A DNA stretch of 64,000 nucleotides, from NCBI RefSeq assembly GCF_006345805.1, contig NC_043003.1, positions 73,718,001-73,782,000 of the forward strand, given 5' to 3'. The translations under genes and the position numbers were made by a program. Positions 39,907-53,040 of this stretch are shown piece by piece (position 1 is the first letter of the stretch; the number at the start of each line of letters is the position of its first letter). The notes under the pieces were generated by a model. That model was not told the origin of the DNA and made no database searches. It was given only the letters and a program-made list of their open reading frames with translations. This stretch comes from Octopus sinensis (lineage: Eukaryota).

Positions 39907-40400
39907 CTTTTGAGGAAAATATTGAGTATCGTCAGTAGAACTGACATTTGCAAATGACTCAATATATAATGTGAAAATACGCTGGGAAATGTTCTATGTA
40001 GACTTGTTCCCTTCGATACTCTTAGCAATTCCGCTAATGCTTCTGAGAAATATATAGAGAAAATCCTGGCCTACTTATGGGCTTACAAAAATTAAGCGGA
40101 AAACACATCACCTACATTATATGGGTGGCCTCAAAATAGATGCCAAAATTGAGACAGCACTGGATTCTATAATTCAAACAGAACTTTCAATAATGACATA
40201 GGATTGTAGCTTGGCATAGATAAGTGCGCAGTACTAACTATGAAGAGAGGCTGCAAGACCAAGTTTGATGACACAAAAATACCACAAGGCAACGTCTTTC
40301 GATCGCTATTGAATAATAACGGATAGTAATCTCAAGTGGGTTTTAAAAAATATGCTGTGCAGTGTAGAAAAGAATACTTTCGTCAGGAAGAATTACCAAG
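39530..40400 (+). mobile_element. Scrambled R4/Dong-like fragments, split by (AAT)n at 39838-39905
   Basis: IHWAVCK and IQTDRKTDANTPDIILKDFRQNSCLLIHMTVPID (RLE domain) before the repeat; the 3' end follows it; then GIDKCAVLTMKRG (RT thumb, ~40215-40255). Confidence 0.7.
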
Positions 40401-42859
40401 TAAGTGACTGAAACAGTCGAAGAATAGAAAGAGAAAGGAGAAAGGAACAGAATAACCAAATGGAAAGAAATTGAACTACGTGTATAAAACGCTAACATCT
40501 GTCTTGACTGAATATACCTATAGTTTTTTTAATAAAATGCCGCATATTCCCTAATGTCCAGTTCAGGCAACAAATGGAGAATTAACATTTTGAGAGAGCA
40601 CCGTCTCTGTATGTGTGCTAATGCTTCTCTCGTATCGTGATTTCCCGAGACTCACAGTTCGAAATCCACCTCTATTCCTTTTCCTAGTTTTATTACCCAG
40701 CAGATCTGCTTTTTTTTTTATCTGCTCCAAATGAAACGTGTAGCTTTTTATTTATTTCTTTACTATTATTTCTTGCTTTTAATATGATTAAACACTGTGT
40801 GTTCGATGTTTGTCTTGATGACGTGCGGAAGATTGAACGCGGTTGTGTGTGAACTGTAAGATTAACAGAAAGAAGCCTACCTATAACTGTTAGACGCTCT
40901 TCTATAAGAAAAAGTCAAGAAAGAACTGTCGGGAAGGTTTGGAAAAAATATAAGACCACCTAAACATATTGGTTGAATTACAGAGGCAATTATTCATACA
41001 TCTAGGTATACAAACACATGCATTCTCGTTTACCATGTTTGTGTTCTATTTTTCTACTGCTATTCTTCTGGTATATTTTTACCATCTTTTACAGTTCTGT
41101 TGCTTTGTATGTACTCAAGAGCCTATTCTTCTCTTTGTTATGTCTGTACGGGTGATATTATCATCTGCAGTGTCTAGGTTTCTGATAAGGCATCATAATT
41201 CCATGAAATATTAATGTTAAGATGATGTTCAAAATTGTCATTCTAACATTGAAGAATTCCATCATCTTTATCTTTTGTTACCAGTATGTTATATTTTTAT
41301 TTACTTTCATTCATGCCACATGCTACAAATTTTGTGAGTTTTTGTTCTCAGTGTCAACATCTAATATCTTTATTTTGCCATTTTATTTATGCAAATATCA
41401 GGGGAATTAAATTTTACTGGTCAATAAATGTTGGCACAAAAGCCATCTCCTTCAACGAAAGAAGTAAAGGGAAAATCGGTTCCGTTCTAGAAAATGCAGA
41501 AATACCGTTGGTTCTAATTTGAAATGAAATCCCACGTCACCAATGTAAAATTACATTTAAAAAACCTTAGATTTCGAGACTATCGACACTGAAGCTGCCT
41601 TCAGCACGTTCTCAAGACTTGCTGTGGGGAAGATACGTCGCGCCCATAACACTTATGATCTGTGACAGAGAAATCATCAACACAACATTGGCTTTACAGG
41701 AGGCAGGGACATAACGCTTTACCGGTGCATGACTGGTGATATGTATGTCATTAATATCCATTAAACATGATGAAAACACGAATATATCTGAGATTCCAGA
41801 TGACATATAAGTTAATATGGGTAAGTTAGACCAGACGTATTAAGGTACCGGCAAGTGGAGAAGTGAGTAGAATGGTGATGCATGGGGAGTGTAGGTATGA
41901 AACCAGCCTTCATTGCCGGTTGGATACCATTGCAGTCCTGACAGAAAAGCTGGGGAAATAACGCGGTACCTACGTGAATCGGAGACTTGAATAGATCTGC
42001 TAAGAATCGAATGCCAATCTGCTGAGGGTCTATTCTCCATTGTTTGTATGCGATCTAGAGTATCAAAAAGCAAAACAGCAGCACCATCGCAAGTGTGGAA
42101 GCAATGTTCAATTGCGGAACTCGCATCTATTTTTCAGAGCCCCAGCAGAAGTTTGGAGAAGAAAGGTATTATGACCGTAACAGGGAATGGGTAGCTGTTG
42201 GAATGCAGTTTAAGTCACGCTAAGGATGTGGTTTCACCAAAAGAGGACTTATATTGGAATGAACCCATCTATTTAGAGCAACTGGTAGGGATCCACCTGA
42301 GTGAAGCTAAATAAAGTTTAGAGGGATCTTGTTGCAGTTGGTGTTCTTAGATTCGAGTAGCACTTCATTCAGACAAAGCATATTAAAATAGGATATGAAA
42401 ATATGTCGAAGCGCAAAACCGTGTCATGAAGCAAAAGTATGATTACAAAATATGATTCTGCTATAGAGCACATCAATTATTTTGAGTGTTTCTATTGCAT
42501 AATACTTAAATTAGGAGTTGTACTTGCGTCTTAATTAGCAAGAATACTAAGAAGTAGAATCTAGAACAGATGGAATATCATCCAAGGACTCAATGTTTGA
42601 CTGCATAAAGCATTATCATTTTGTGGTACTATATGCTTAGAACAGTGCGACACTAACAACAGGAGTTGCATACATATCAAATGTCTTTGGAAAGCAGGGT
42701 TTTGGGTCTATGGTAAGGCAATTAGTGCGAGGGCGATCTAGACATTCGAAAATATGAAACAAGTATCATACTATAAAAGATGTAATCATAAGGAAAATAT
42801 TGACAGGCTTCGACCATGCAATATGAAATCATATATCAGCTATATACTTAAGAGATGAC

Positions 42860-43370
42860 CTTCTTAATACATGGAGTAACCATTTCGGTCACCTCACAAA
42901 CCGCAGAAAATTCGTCGGAATATATTTGTGCCACAGTAACAGAAGTGCATTGGAAAGAAGAATGTTGTGTTGCATCAACTGGGAGGGAAAAGGAATAAGG
43001 TGTGAAGACCTCTCCATAGTTTTATATACTTTATAGAGGCTTAAAAATAATCCAAAATTATTCCGGGTAACAATAGGATATTATGTCCACCTCCTGCATC
43101 GAAATGAGTTATTTATGAGATTGCTCTTATAAAATACATGTAGAAGAGAAGATACAGATTAATATATACAACATAGGTTAATTAACCATTATTTCATTGA
43201 CCAAGTAAAAAATGTAGTCATAATTTGGGAGATTTGATTTCACAATGTACAGAAACATAAATATTCCATGATATTTTGTCCCGATGTTGTATCGTCCACT
43301 GAGCGCTGTTTTCTTCATTTAAATAATAATATGATTTATGTATTATTCATAGATAATGCTGAAGAAATAC
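42860..43370 (-). mobile_element. Mariner transposase catalytic-domain relic
   Basis: Minus strand GEVFTPYSFSLPVDATQH (~42965-43020) resembles WEVLPHPPYSPDLAPSDYH; upstream sequence is heavily decayed. Confidence 0.45.
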
Positions 43371-44436
43371 TAGTAGCATGCACACACAGAGGTGGATATG
43401 CATAATTAATATTTTGAAATCATACACATTATGCAATAAAGGTGTATGTATATCATTGATTCTTTTGTCCAGTTAAATGCTCATTTCAATATTACGATAA
43501 TATTATGCACATATATTACTACTACCCTTCAGTCCAACGAATTTCAGTACATTGCAGTATCGAAACACATCTAATCTGGAATAAATACACACAAATATAT
43601 ACCACATAGAATTATATCTATGTGTAAATATATACAAATTGCACACATTTGGTTTGGTAAGTCTGTCTTGGCCAAAACTTCCGTACATTTCGTGGAGTAG
43701 CTGCAATTCAATTTTAGACATGAAGATTTGCTTGATGATGGAAACATTGTAATAGATGCCAAGCAGATTGAGTACCTCTCTCTTAACAGAGAAAGCTAAT
43801 GAGCAGCGCCAATCACACGTGATTACCCAAGTCTCTGTACAGACAAAACAATACTTCTTAAAAGAACATGTTACTTTAATAAATTTTCGACCATTACAGG
43901 CTATCAAACAGTCAATCCACACGATGCTATATGAGGAATATTCTCTTCTATATTCGTTGTTAAAGGGTCATATTACAAAGAGTGCCATATAAAGAATATT
44001 TGTTTCCATTATGTCGTGAATAGAATAGCGCTTTTCTACATACGATGACCATTCAATAATGCATGCGTTGCCACATGGAGAACAAAAGTACGCCAGGCTT
44101 GAAAGGAAAGTATAGTAATATTACAGCACACTCACTGTGAATAATGGGTCACTCTTATGAGTGTACGTGTACTTAACGTTAGCCACAAATGTGCAAACAA
44201 ATATGTACACACACATGAATGCATATATTTAACACACACACATACACAAACATGCACAGATATACACACACACGAACACACACACTGCACGCGAACACAC
44301 ACACAGTACACAAACACACACACACATATAGATACATACATATATGATCGTTTGTATGTATACATAACTATGAATATATATATCCACATTTACCTATCAA
44401 CCAATCTATCAATCAATCTATCTATCTATCTATCTG

Positions 44437-44528
<92 letters not shown>

Positions 44529-44689
44529 AATATTCATCTCTGCAGATGTGCACTTAACATTATTCCAAGTAAAAGATGGAGAAGAACACCCTTCCTCGAG
44601 TAGATTGCAGTGATTTTCACTGATCATGCTTAGTCGTCTTCTTTCACGTTAAACAGGAATACATTTTATATCTCCTGCATTTCTCTGCC

Positions 44690-45000
44690 AAAGTCTCTGC
44701 CACATTATGGTACAAATTATGACAGACTCTCTGACATTTTGGGGGACAAATTTCGCAGAAATTTTGCCCGTTCACAATTCGTTGGTGAAAATTTGATGAA
44801 CGTTGGTGAGCGTCAAATTCAATTTCTCTGCTACCTATCTGATGGTTAACCGACTGTCGGCTTGCACGAGGTCTCTGATGCGTTCCACATTTTCGACATT
44901 TCTTGAAGTTAATAGCCTTCCTGTCTAACGGACACCTTCAACAGATTCTTAGCCTTCGAACATAGGTTACGACGCATCTTAAAATATTTGCTCTTGAGAA
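44690..45000 (-). mobile_element. Mariner N-terminal HTH fragment
   Basis: TSRNVENVERIRDLVQADSRLTIR.VAEKLNLTLTNVHQIFTNEL..KISAKFVP. Confidence 0.75.
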
Positions 45001-45129
45001 AATTCTCTTCCTGTAAACCTGTTGAAGTTGCGCAAAAGGTTGAAACAAAACTTAATCCTAATCGTTACCCGTAACTGGCCTCGATCATTTTGGGACACAT
45101 TTCACCTGTTAATGCTACATGACTGCTGC

Positions 45130-45720
45130 TTGAATTGAAGTAATGGTGGACGTTAATGTGTTAACACCATGAAGGAGACTCAGCAGTGTGGCCAGATTGA
45201 ACGTGATGAGACTAGTCTCATTACTGAGAGACCTCGTAATTTTCAGAAATCCCTGGGAATTTAATATTACCGGAGGGTACTGCCGGTTCCAGAGTCAGTT
45301 TACAAACACGAAAGATGAATTAATCGGCCCTGTTGAAGATGTGTGCAGAGCGACAAAACCGTTCTTTACGCAATCGTCCAATACCCGAATATTGCTGATT
45401 TTTTTTATTAGTGTAGGAGACGTGCTTTCATGCTCGGCATGGATCCAAATATCAGCTAATTCCATTGTGAAAATCGTTTCGTTGTCTTGCTTTGGCTGGA
45501 AAGGTCAATCAGTGTTTATATATTGGCATTTGCATAATAGAGTGTGTGTGGTGGACCAAATAGAATGGGCTGAAGACAGACACTTTTCTCAATCCCTCAT
45601 CAACACTTTTGGATTTCACTTAAAAAAAAAAAAATCAGTGTATACAAGGAAGAACGGCTTACCAGAAGATTTGTTAAAAGGTGGATAAAATTGGCGTCCA
45701 TGGTCAAAGCAGACGAAACT
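45130..45720 (-). mobile_element. Decayed LINE RT fragment (clade unresolved)
   Basis: GLRKVSVFSPFYL (~45570-45610) resembles RT motif B' GLRQGC.LSP.LF; otherwise weak. Confidence 0.35.
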
Positions 45721-45734
45721 ACTCTAAGCATGGG

Positions 45735-45764
45735 CCTAACCCTAACCCTAACCCTAACCCTAAC
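45735..45764. repeat. Interstitial telomeric repeat (CCCTAA)4-5
   Basis: cctaa followed by four perfect ccctaa units. Confidence 0.9.
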
Positions 45765-45896
45765 ACGGACAAGACATTTGTTTTAGTGGTTTGTTTGACC
45801 ATGATTTTGTAGAGTTCTATGTATAACATTCAAAAGTCTACTCTTTTGAGAAACTATTCATGGTTGAAATTTATTGTTGTTATTGTTTTAATGATG

Positions 45897-46010
45897 GGGG
45901 TGATGTGGCAGAATCACTAGAGCGTCGGGCAGGGGACTTGTACTATCTGTTCCCGCTCTTGGCATCCTGAGTTAGTCCCGCCGATATGAACGTTGCTTTG
46001 GATCCTTCCG
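45897..46010 (+). mobile_element. Decayed SINE head
   Basis: tggcagaatcactagagcgtcgggc matches the A-box-containing head of the SINE family. Confidence 0.5.
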
Positions 46011-46203
46011 GATCACTGCAATGATATTCCAGTGAAGTGATTGCCCACTTCACGCAAAACGAATGCCTTTGTACCAGAATATGAAAACATTATCAGCACC
46101 ACCACTACAATTGCAACCATCATAGACAATATTACCGCAAAGAATATTGCCACCACCACCAACACCAGAGGTATTACTACTACTACTACTACTACTACTA
46201 CTA

Positions 46204-46241
<38 letters not shown>

Positions 46242-46495
46242 TGCAAACCAAATGTATGCCCGACGGGCATACCGGCGAATGCTATTTGCATATAGTCATG
46301 GACTGGCAAATCAGTTTCCCTCAGTTTCGGTTGGGATACGCGATGTTGATGTGGCACAAAAATGGTGAAACATCAATATTCATGACGCCTAACAGGGAAC
46401 TGGGGCGATTCGTCTCGTCTCTTGGTGACTGTCAGCTGTTTGAACACCCGGAACTTTGAGGGAGCCATCACCACCACGTTAAGCCGCGGCCTCTG

Positions 46496-46683
46496 AATTA
46501 CAAAAAAAAAAACACCTTTCATCAATTCAGTAATGAAAAATTATACCATCTAGAAAATTACATATTATAGAAAGATTAAATATAAGATAAAACATATGAC
46601 GAATATTAATATATGTAATTTTCTAGATGGTATGATTTAATTTCTTATTATTGAATTGATGAAAGGTGGTTTTTTTTCTAATT
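46496..46683. repeat. MITE-like fold-back with ~70-bp arms
   Basis: 46496-46565 versus the reverse complement 46611-46683 (acctttcatcaattca.., ataccatctagaaaattacatat); flanked by AATT on both sides. Confidence 0.85.
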
Positions 46684-46775
46684 TATACATATATATATAT
46701 ATTATATTTTGTGATATTTGATTTAGTATTTCTAAGTTGAATTTTTCCCTGTATGTTTGGAATAATATTCTCTCA

Positions 46776-46851
<76 letters not shown>

Positions 46852-48171
46852 ATTATTATTAATATTGTTATCATCATCATATATGCGTATGTGTGTGTGT
46901 GTTTGTGTGTGCCTGTATGTGCATGTGTGTTTCTGCATGTATGGGTGTGTGCATGTGTGTTACTGGTTGAATCTGTTATTTGTATACTTATTGCAAATGT
47001 CCTCTATCACCTTCTTCATACTTTGTTTCCTAATTCTCTGGTTTTTGTTTTCTTCTTGTTGAGATTTTGCCCCCAACGGTCACTTTCTTAATGTTTTTAA
47101 TTTTTGTTCTTTCTTTTCTCTTTTGCACTAGCGTTGCTCTTGCTGCTATTCATATTTTTATAAAATTCTTCAGTTACTGAATTTCGTGACGTCTGTTTTA
47201 TTCTTGCCACGATGTAGCGCTATTCTGTCCTTTATCCACCAAGACAGCTTTTTCGTTTTTTGCTCCTAACATAAACAGATTTGACCTCAATTGTTAACTA
47301 ATATTCTTTTAATGGTTTTTGTTGTAATTAGCATAGAAGTTGTGTTTTAATATCGATTCTTGTGTTTTAGATTTTTTATAATAATTAATGAACGCTACCA
47401 CTGATTTTCTTCGTATGATCTCGACGTGCTAATCAGAGAATAATTCATTCACTAATTGAATCGAGGAGAATGTTAAAGACTTATCTTTAAACGAATGCAG
47501 AAAAGATAACTGAAGGGTCGTTGATCCAAAAATAAGATTTGAGTTTTCTTTCTGATTTACATCGGTCGATTTACATGCCGATAGATAGATACTCGGATAA
47601 CTCAAACACATCGTCAATTACTTTCTCTCTCACACCCCACACACATATTTATGCACTCACAGACACACACACACACACTCACACACACATATATTAACAG
47701 AGATACCTGGCGTTGTCCGGGATTACATTGGCATAACTTTTCATTGTATTTCTTGTTTCGGGGATGTGAATGCAGACATGTGAGGGTGTTATATATTTTT
47801 GGCGAATGTGTAAGTGAGCATATGTGTGTTTCCAGTGAGAGTGGATGACCATAATCATATAGGCACATCTAAATGGGTGCGCGAGCGCGTATGTGTATGT
47901 ATGGACATGCGCGCTTACGTGATTGCTCTGAGCATTTTTCATCACTTGCCTTTTACTCCCTGCGCTGATATAGATGTCATTCTAATAGCACGTTTCTCTT
48001 AATAACAGTCAATCACATAGTAATTTCCCTTTGCTTAACGGTCATTTTCATAGCAGTTTTTGATGCCCCAATAACTGAAGAGATGCTGGTGCGGGTTTCC
48101 GCCCCGACATTCGAAAATCGGAGTTTTATCATGGCTACCGAATAATTGTCACATTATATTTACAGGTATAT

Positions 48172-48258
<87 letters not shown>

Positions 48259-48267
48259 TATATATAT

Positions 48268-48306
<39 letters not shown>

Positions 48307-48322
48307 AATATATATATATATA

Positions 48323-48456
48323 GGGAGAGTTTACGAAAAAAAACAAAAGACGAAGACAGGTGGTGTACAAAACAAACAGATATATATATATATATATAGG
48401 GAGAGTTTACGAAAAAAAACAAAAGACGAAGACAGGTGGTGTACAAAACAAACAGA
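48323..48456. repeat. Exact tandem duplication, period 76 bp (58-nt unit plus TA spacer), embedded in (TA)n
   Basis: gggagagtttacgaaaaaaaacaaaagacgaagacaggtggtgtacaaaacaaacaga at 48323 and 48399. Confidence 0.95.
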
Positions 48457-48481
48457 TATATATATATATGCATATATGCAT

Positions 48482-48520
<39 letters not shown>

Positions 48521-48821
48521 CACATAATATACATATATGTGTGTGCGTGTTTATGCATGTATATATTCGAGATAAAAAATTCATTATTAATTGTAGCAGT
48601 ATTAAACTGAAAGTATTAACCCACAGTACATTAGAGATGTTATTGTTTCTCTTTTGACAGGTGATACTGAAATAGTGTAAGAGATAAGATATTACTCAGG
48701 GCTTGCATTAGGTAAGAAATTTTTGGCTCATTCACTGCGCCCACCGTAAGTAAGGCCGATGTATTATTTCAATGAAATCGTTTGGGTAAATCTGGAGTTT
48801 TAGTTATGCACACATACCTAT

Positions 48822-49045
48822 TTCTTTATTACCCACAAGGGGCTAAACATAGAGGGGACAAACAAGGACAGACATAGGTATTAAGTCGATTAAATCGACC
48901 CCAGTGCGTAACTGGTGCTTAATTTATCGACCCCGAAAGGATGAAAGGCAAAGTCGACCTCGGCAGAATTTGAACTCAAAACGTAACGGCAGACGAAATA
49001 ACGCAAAGCATTTCGCCCGGCGTGCTAACGCTTCTGCCAGCTCAG
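48822..49045 (-). mobile_element. Relatively young SINE copy
   Basis: Close match to 23299-23530; ends in gctaacgcttctgccagctc. Confidence 0.88.
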
Positions 49046-49249
49046 ACAGACAGACACACATCCTCAGCTTTATATCTATCTATTTATCTATCTATCCATT
49101 CATCCATCTACCTATCTATCTATCGATCGATCGATCTATCGATCGATCTATAGCTATGTTTTTTGGTGTTTCTAAAACCTGTCATTACAAACAGAAAATA
49201 CTTTTATTCAGACTGCAATCACCCAGTCAATGCATAGAGAAAGGTGCTA

Positions 49250-50650
49250 AAAAAGCCGCACAAAACATTTTTTGTCACGTCGACACTCTTTAGCATCCTG
49301 CGACTAACAGTTAGTCGTTGAAGCAGGAACACAGAAGACGAAAGATATAATACAATATTTGCAAAAGATCCGACAAAACTCAATATTTGCTGCTGCATCA
49401 TGAGAAACCGTTGGGCTAAACTTTATCTAAATGTCCTGAACGGAGAACAGCATTTTTGACTACCGATCTTCAAACACAGCACATAGTAATTGCAGCTTAT
49501 TATGAAACACATCTCTCCGTTGAAGTTCAGCTTATTGAAGTATCATAAGGATACAAAATCTTCTGGGTTGGTAAACCAAAAGATGAATGACGTAGTTGTG
49601 TTGCTTTGCGATCAGAACTTTGGTATAATGTTTAGAATATCCTTTCAGTATCACTGAATGCATAACGTAGTTTCACGTCTCTCTTTCAATGTCGACGATG
49701 TCAAAATCTCCCACCCACAACTTCCTTGCTTCATTAACTTTGCATCATTTTTGAAACTGCTGGTGATATCAGTAATTGGATAACGAAGATATCTAATTGC
49801 CACCAGCAATCAAAGTTCAATTAAATATGTTCTACATTGATGAAAATCTTATCAATATTCTGGATTAAGCTTTCTTCCTTTCTCTTCATGTAATACCAGT
49901 CCAAACATTAAAACTACAAATCTACCACATATCCAACTATGTTATGCTTCGTGAAGAATATGATGTACCGTCGCTTGAGTTCTACTGACATTGTTTCAAC
50001 CAGTTGCTAAATATTTTCTGAGCGAGCGATGAGCTTACAATACACGCGTAAATTACGCAAAAGCATCTAATTTCAAATATATTCCAAAGACTTGCAACCG
50101 AAGTTAAGAGTTTAGCTAAAAACGAAATCCGTTACTCGTTCAGATCTACTTATTAGTAATAGTAAAAGCCAAGCTTATGCCCTGCATAACCAATAACTGG
50201 GAATAATGCTTGAGAAGTATAGGACAAAAGGTTGAGAGACCGAATGGTTTATGATTAAGATTTCAGAGATTGTTTTTTATGAATTAGGTTTGGAGAATTC
50301 AGCAGCTTTCATTACATTCTTATGTCTTCCGAAACTGAAGAGACTGGCGTTATTAAAAACCTTCTCGAACAGTCTCTAGACGTTGGAAGTGGACAAAGAT
50401 ACGAAGAGAAGTTATAGAATATATTAGAAAGGAAAGTTTAATGCAGTGCTTGAAGTCAGAGTACAATATTAATGATGCCAGAATTTCTGAGAATTCTTGC
50501 GTATAGCCAGCAGACATCATCCGTTTTGCAAACAGAGGTCAATGTTGAAGCATTAAAAAAGACAATTAATGGCCGCGAGTTCATCTGTTGTATACATTCT
50601 GGAGTATATTTGTGTGGCTTCAAGAAAGCAGGCCAAGTGCTAATTCTTTG
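49250..50650 (-). mobile_element. Possible decayed hAT transposase
   Basis: Minus strand FVFCVPASTTNC (~49310-49345) resembles the hAT dimerisation motif IPASTA.CERSFS; boundaries are guessed. Confidence 0.3.
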
Positions 50651-52235
50651 AATATTACTAGAGAAGCAACTTACCCAAAATGTTGCGACGTGGAGTGAAA
50701 CCGGGAAGCATGTGGCCGCAAACGGAATTTCTTAAGTAAACAGCTACGAGTGTGACTATTAATATTGCTATTGCCATTACTTCGTGTGTGTGTGTGTGTG
50801 TGTGTGATTCTTGTTATTGATAGAGCTGTTACTTAGTCTGTTCCTCCCTGTTACAGCTGATATTTTACATGTTATACATTAGTAGAACATGTAAGACAAG
50901 GAAATCTGTCGTTCTGATTGCAGCTCACGTATTTCTTGCTTTTCTTCATTGTTTATGATGATGGTAGTGATAATGTCGTCGTTTCCCTTGTCTCTATCTA
51001 TTTGTTATTGTTATTGTTTTTTCCTATTGCTTTGGTTATTGATGTCGTTAATGATGCAATTATTTTAACTTATTTCTAACATAACGAGGTTTGAACTTTG
51101 GTAATGATTTTCATATTGTTGAACAGTTTATTGATGTTATTACCACCGATCGTATATGTCTTTTAATGTAGTTGCTGCTGTTGATTTTTTTGTTTGTAAT
51201 TACTTATTATTCATGCTCTTCTCGTTGTCATCCCCTTCCGTTGCTGCAGTCATAACGAAGTGATAACATCGATGTTGTTTTCCTTAAGCTTTTTTGTAAT
51301 GATACAGTTGCTATTGTTGTTAGTGTATTTGTTGCTGTTTTATGATAATGGTGGTGATGGCGGCGGTAGTGGTGGTGGTGGTGGTGGTGGTGGTTGAGAT
51401 GTTGATACTATTGTTGATGTGTGTGGTCAATGGGTGGTGGTCAATAAGATGATCTTCGTGCCGGTGATGAGAAGGGCGAAGTTGATATTGCTACACATGA
51501 TCAGTATGAGGTTGGTGGGAGTGTGGTGTAGGTAATGGTTAGCATAACGAGTGAACCATAAAATGCTGTTGTTGTTGCTGCTGCTGCTTCTACCGTTAAT
51601 GATCGTGATGATGATAATCATATCATAGGGAGTGAATATTAATATCTTCCTATTTTTCTTTCTTTTCTATAATATTTATCTTTTGAAGTTGTTTTCTTGC
51701 TTTCATGTTATGGGTTCTTTCATCGATGGATTTATATTGATCGCTTCCTTCGATGTTCTCATCCACGTCATCCTCGTTAAACCTATCATAGTTCTTGTTG
51801 TGGAAGTTGCAAGATGGTCTCGTAACCACACAACATATTGATTCATATTCACAAGAAATGTAAGCAAATATTCTTTGCGAGAGATTGTGATGATAATATT
51901 CCTGACGATGATGATATGATAATAATATATACGGGGGTAAGTGGATGTGTGTGAGTACGGAAATATGTGTTTGCATATGTGTGTGTACTTACGTATATAT
52001 TTGTATGCCTAAGTTGTTTTTACAAATGAAAATTTAACAATAACTTCGAAATTTCAGCATTAATTCTTTCCAAATATTTTATGTTTTGCACAGCTTGTGC
52101 GTGGGTCTGCTGATTGTAAAGTAGCTTTCTAATATTTTGTATGCGCAGGCCGGCCCATCGGAACAGTGTAAATAATATTTGTAGAATAATATTTTCCTTT
52201 CACTTCTTTCCATCGCGAACTTAAGAAAATAGACG

Positions 52236-52363
52236 TCTTCTTCTTCTTCTTCTTCTTCTTCTTCTTCTTCTTCTTCTTCTTCTTCTTCTTCTTCTTCTTC
52301 TTCTTCTTCTTCTTCTTCTTCTTCTTCTTCTTCTTCTTCTTCTTCTTCTTCTTCTTCTTCTTC
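52236..52363. repeat. Pure (TTC)n tract, about 42 units
   Basis: Directly visible; source of the poly-E ORF 52079..52378. Confidence 0.97.
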
Positions 52364-52569
52364 CCCTTCTCTTCTCATCCCTCTCCTTATTCTATTACAC
52401 CTTGCTTTTCAGCAGAATCACTTATTTCAGCGCTGGTAGGTGAATAATACTTAATTAAACTATACAAAAATACTTAAATTATACTTACATATCAACCGCC
52501 TTTCTGTAGAGTTAATACACTTGAAGCAAGTAAGTTGAAGACTTATGTGATGCATTCGGAAATTTGAAT

Positions 52570-53040
52570 CGAGAATCGAGGTTCTCATTCCAATCGGTCA
52601 TCAATACAGCAACGAAAGTTGAAGTCTATCATGTATGTGTATTAACAGCACCGTTGTGTGGATGCAAAACCCGGACTACATACCGTAGGCATTTCCATCT
52701 TCTCAAGTGTTTCTCCCAACGATGCTTGCGTAATACCTCGAGATTCTCTGGGTGATCTCGTATACCTTAAGCTGGCAAATGTGAGGAGTACCGAGTTAAT
52801 GATTATTAACATAGGTGGTATGATAATCTTGGCCGTTTAGAGGGCACCCGTATGGCAAAACAGGCGTTAAATTGTGAGCTAGGGCAAAGAAAACGTTCCC
52901 AGTGAAAGACACGGAAATACTGCAACGATGATCTTAAAGACTTAAAAGATCATTATTGATACAAAGGTTTCCAAAGAAATTGAATCAAACAAGGAGCGGT
53001 GAAAGAATCCGATTGTTACTGATAGTCAAGAATTCGAGAA
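52570..53040 (+). mobile_element. RTE/BovB-like LINE 3' fragment
   Basis: TKVEVYHVCVLTAPLCGCKTRTTYRRHFHLLKCFSQRCLR (cf. TKL.VY.A.VL..LLYG.ETWT.YRRH...L..FHQRCLR), then MAKQALNCELGQRKR. Confidence 0.8.

Noticed and set aside
45188-45688. 166-aa ORF on the + strand
   Set aside because: Lies antisense to a decayed RT-like fragment; no motif support.
48323-48456. CRISPR-like repeat-spacer pattern
   Set aside because: Only two units, the spacer is plain (TA)n, the context is eukaryotic and no cas genes are present.
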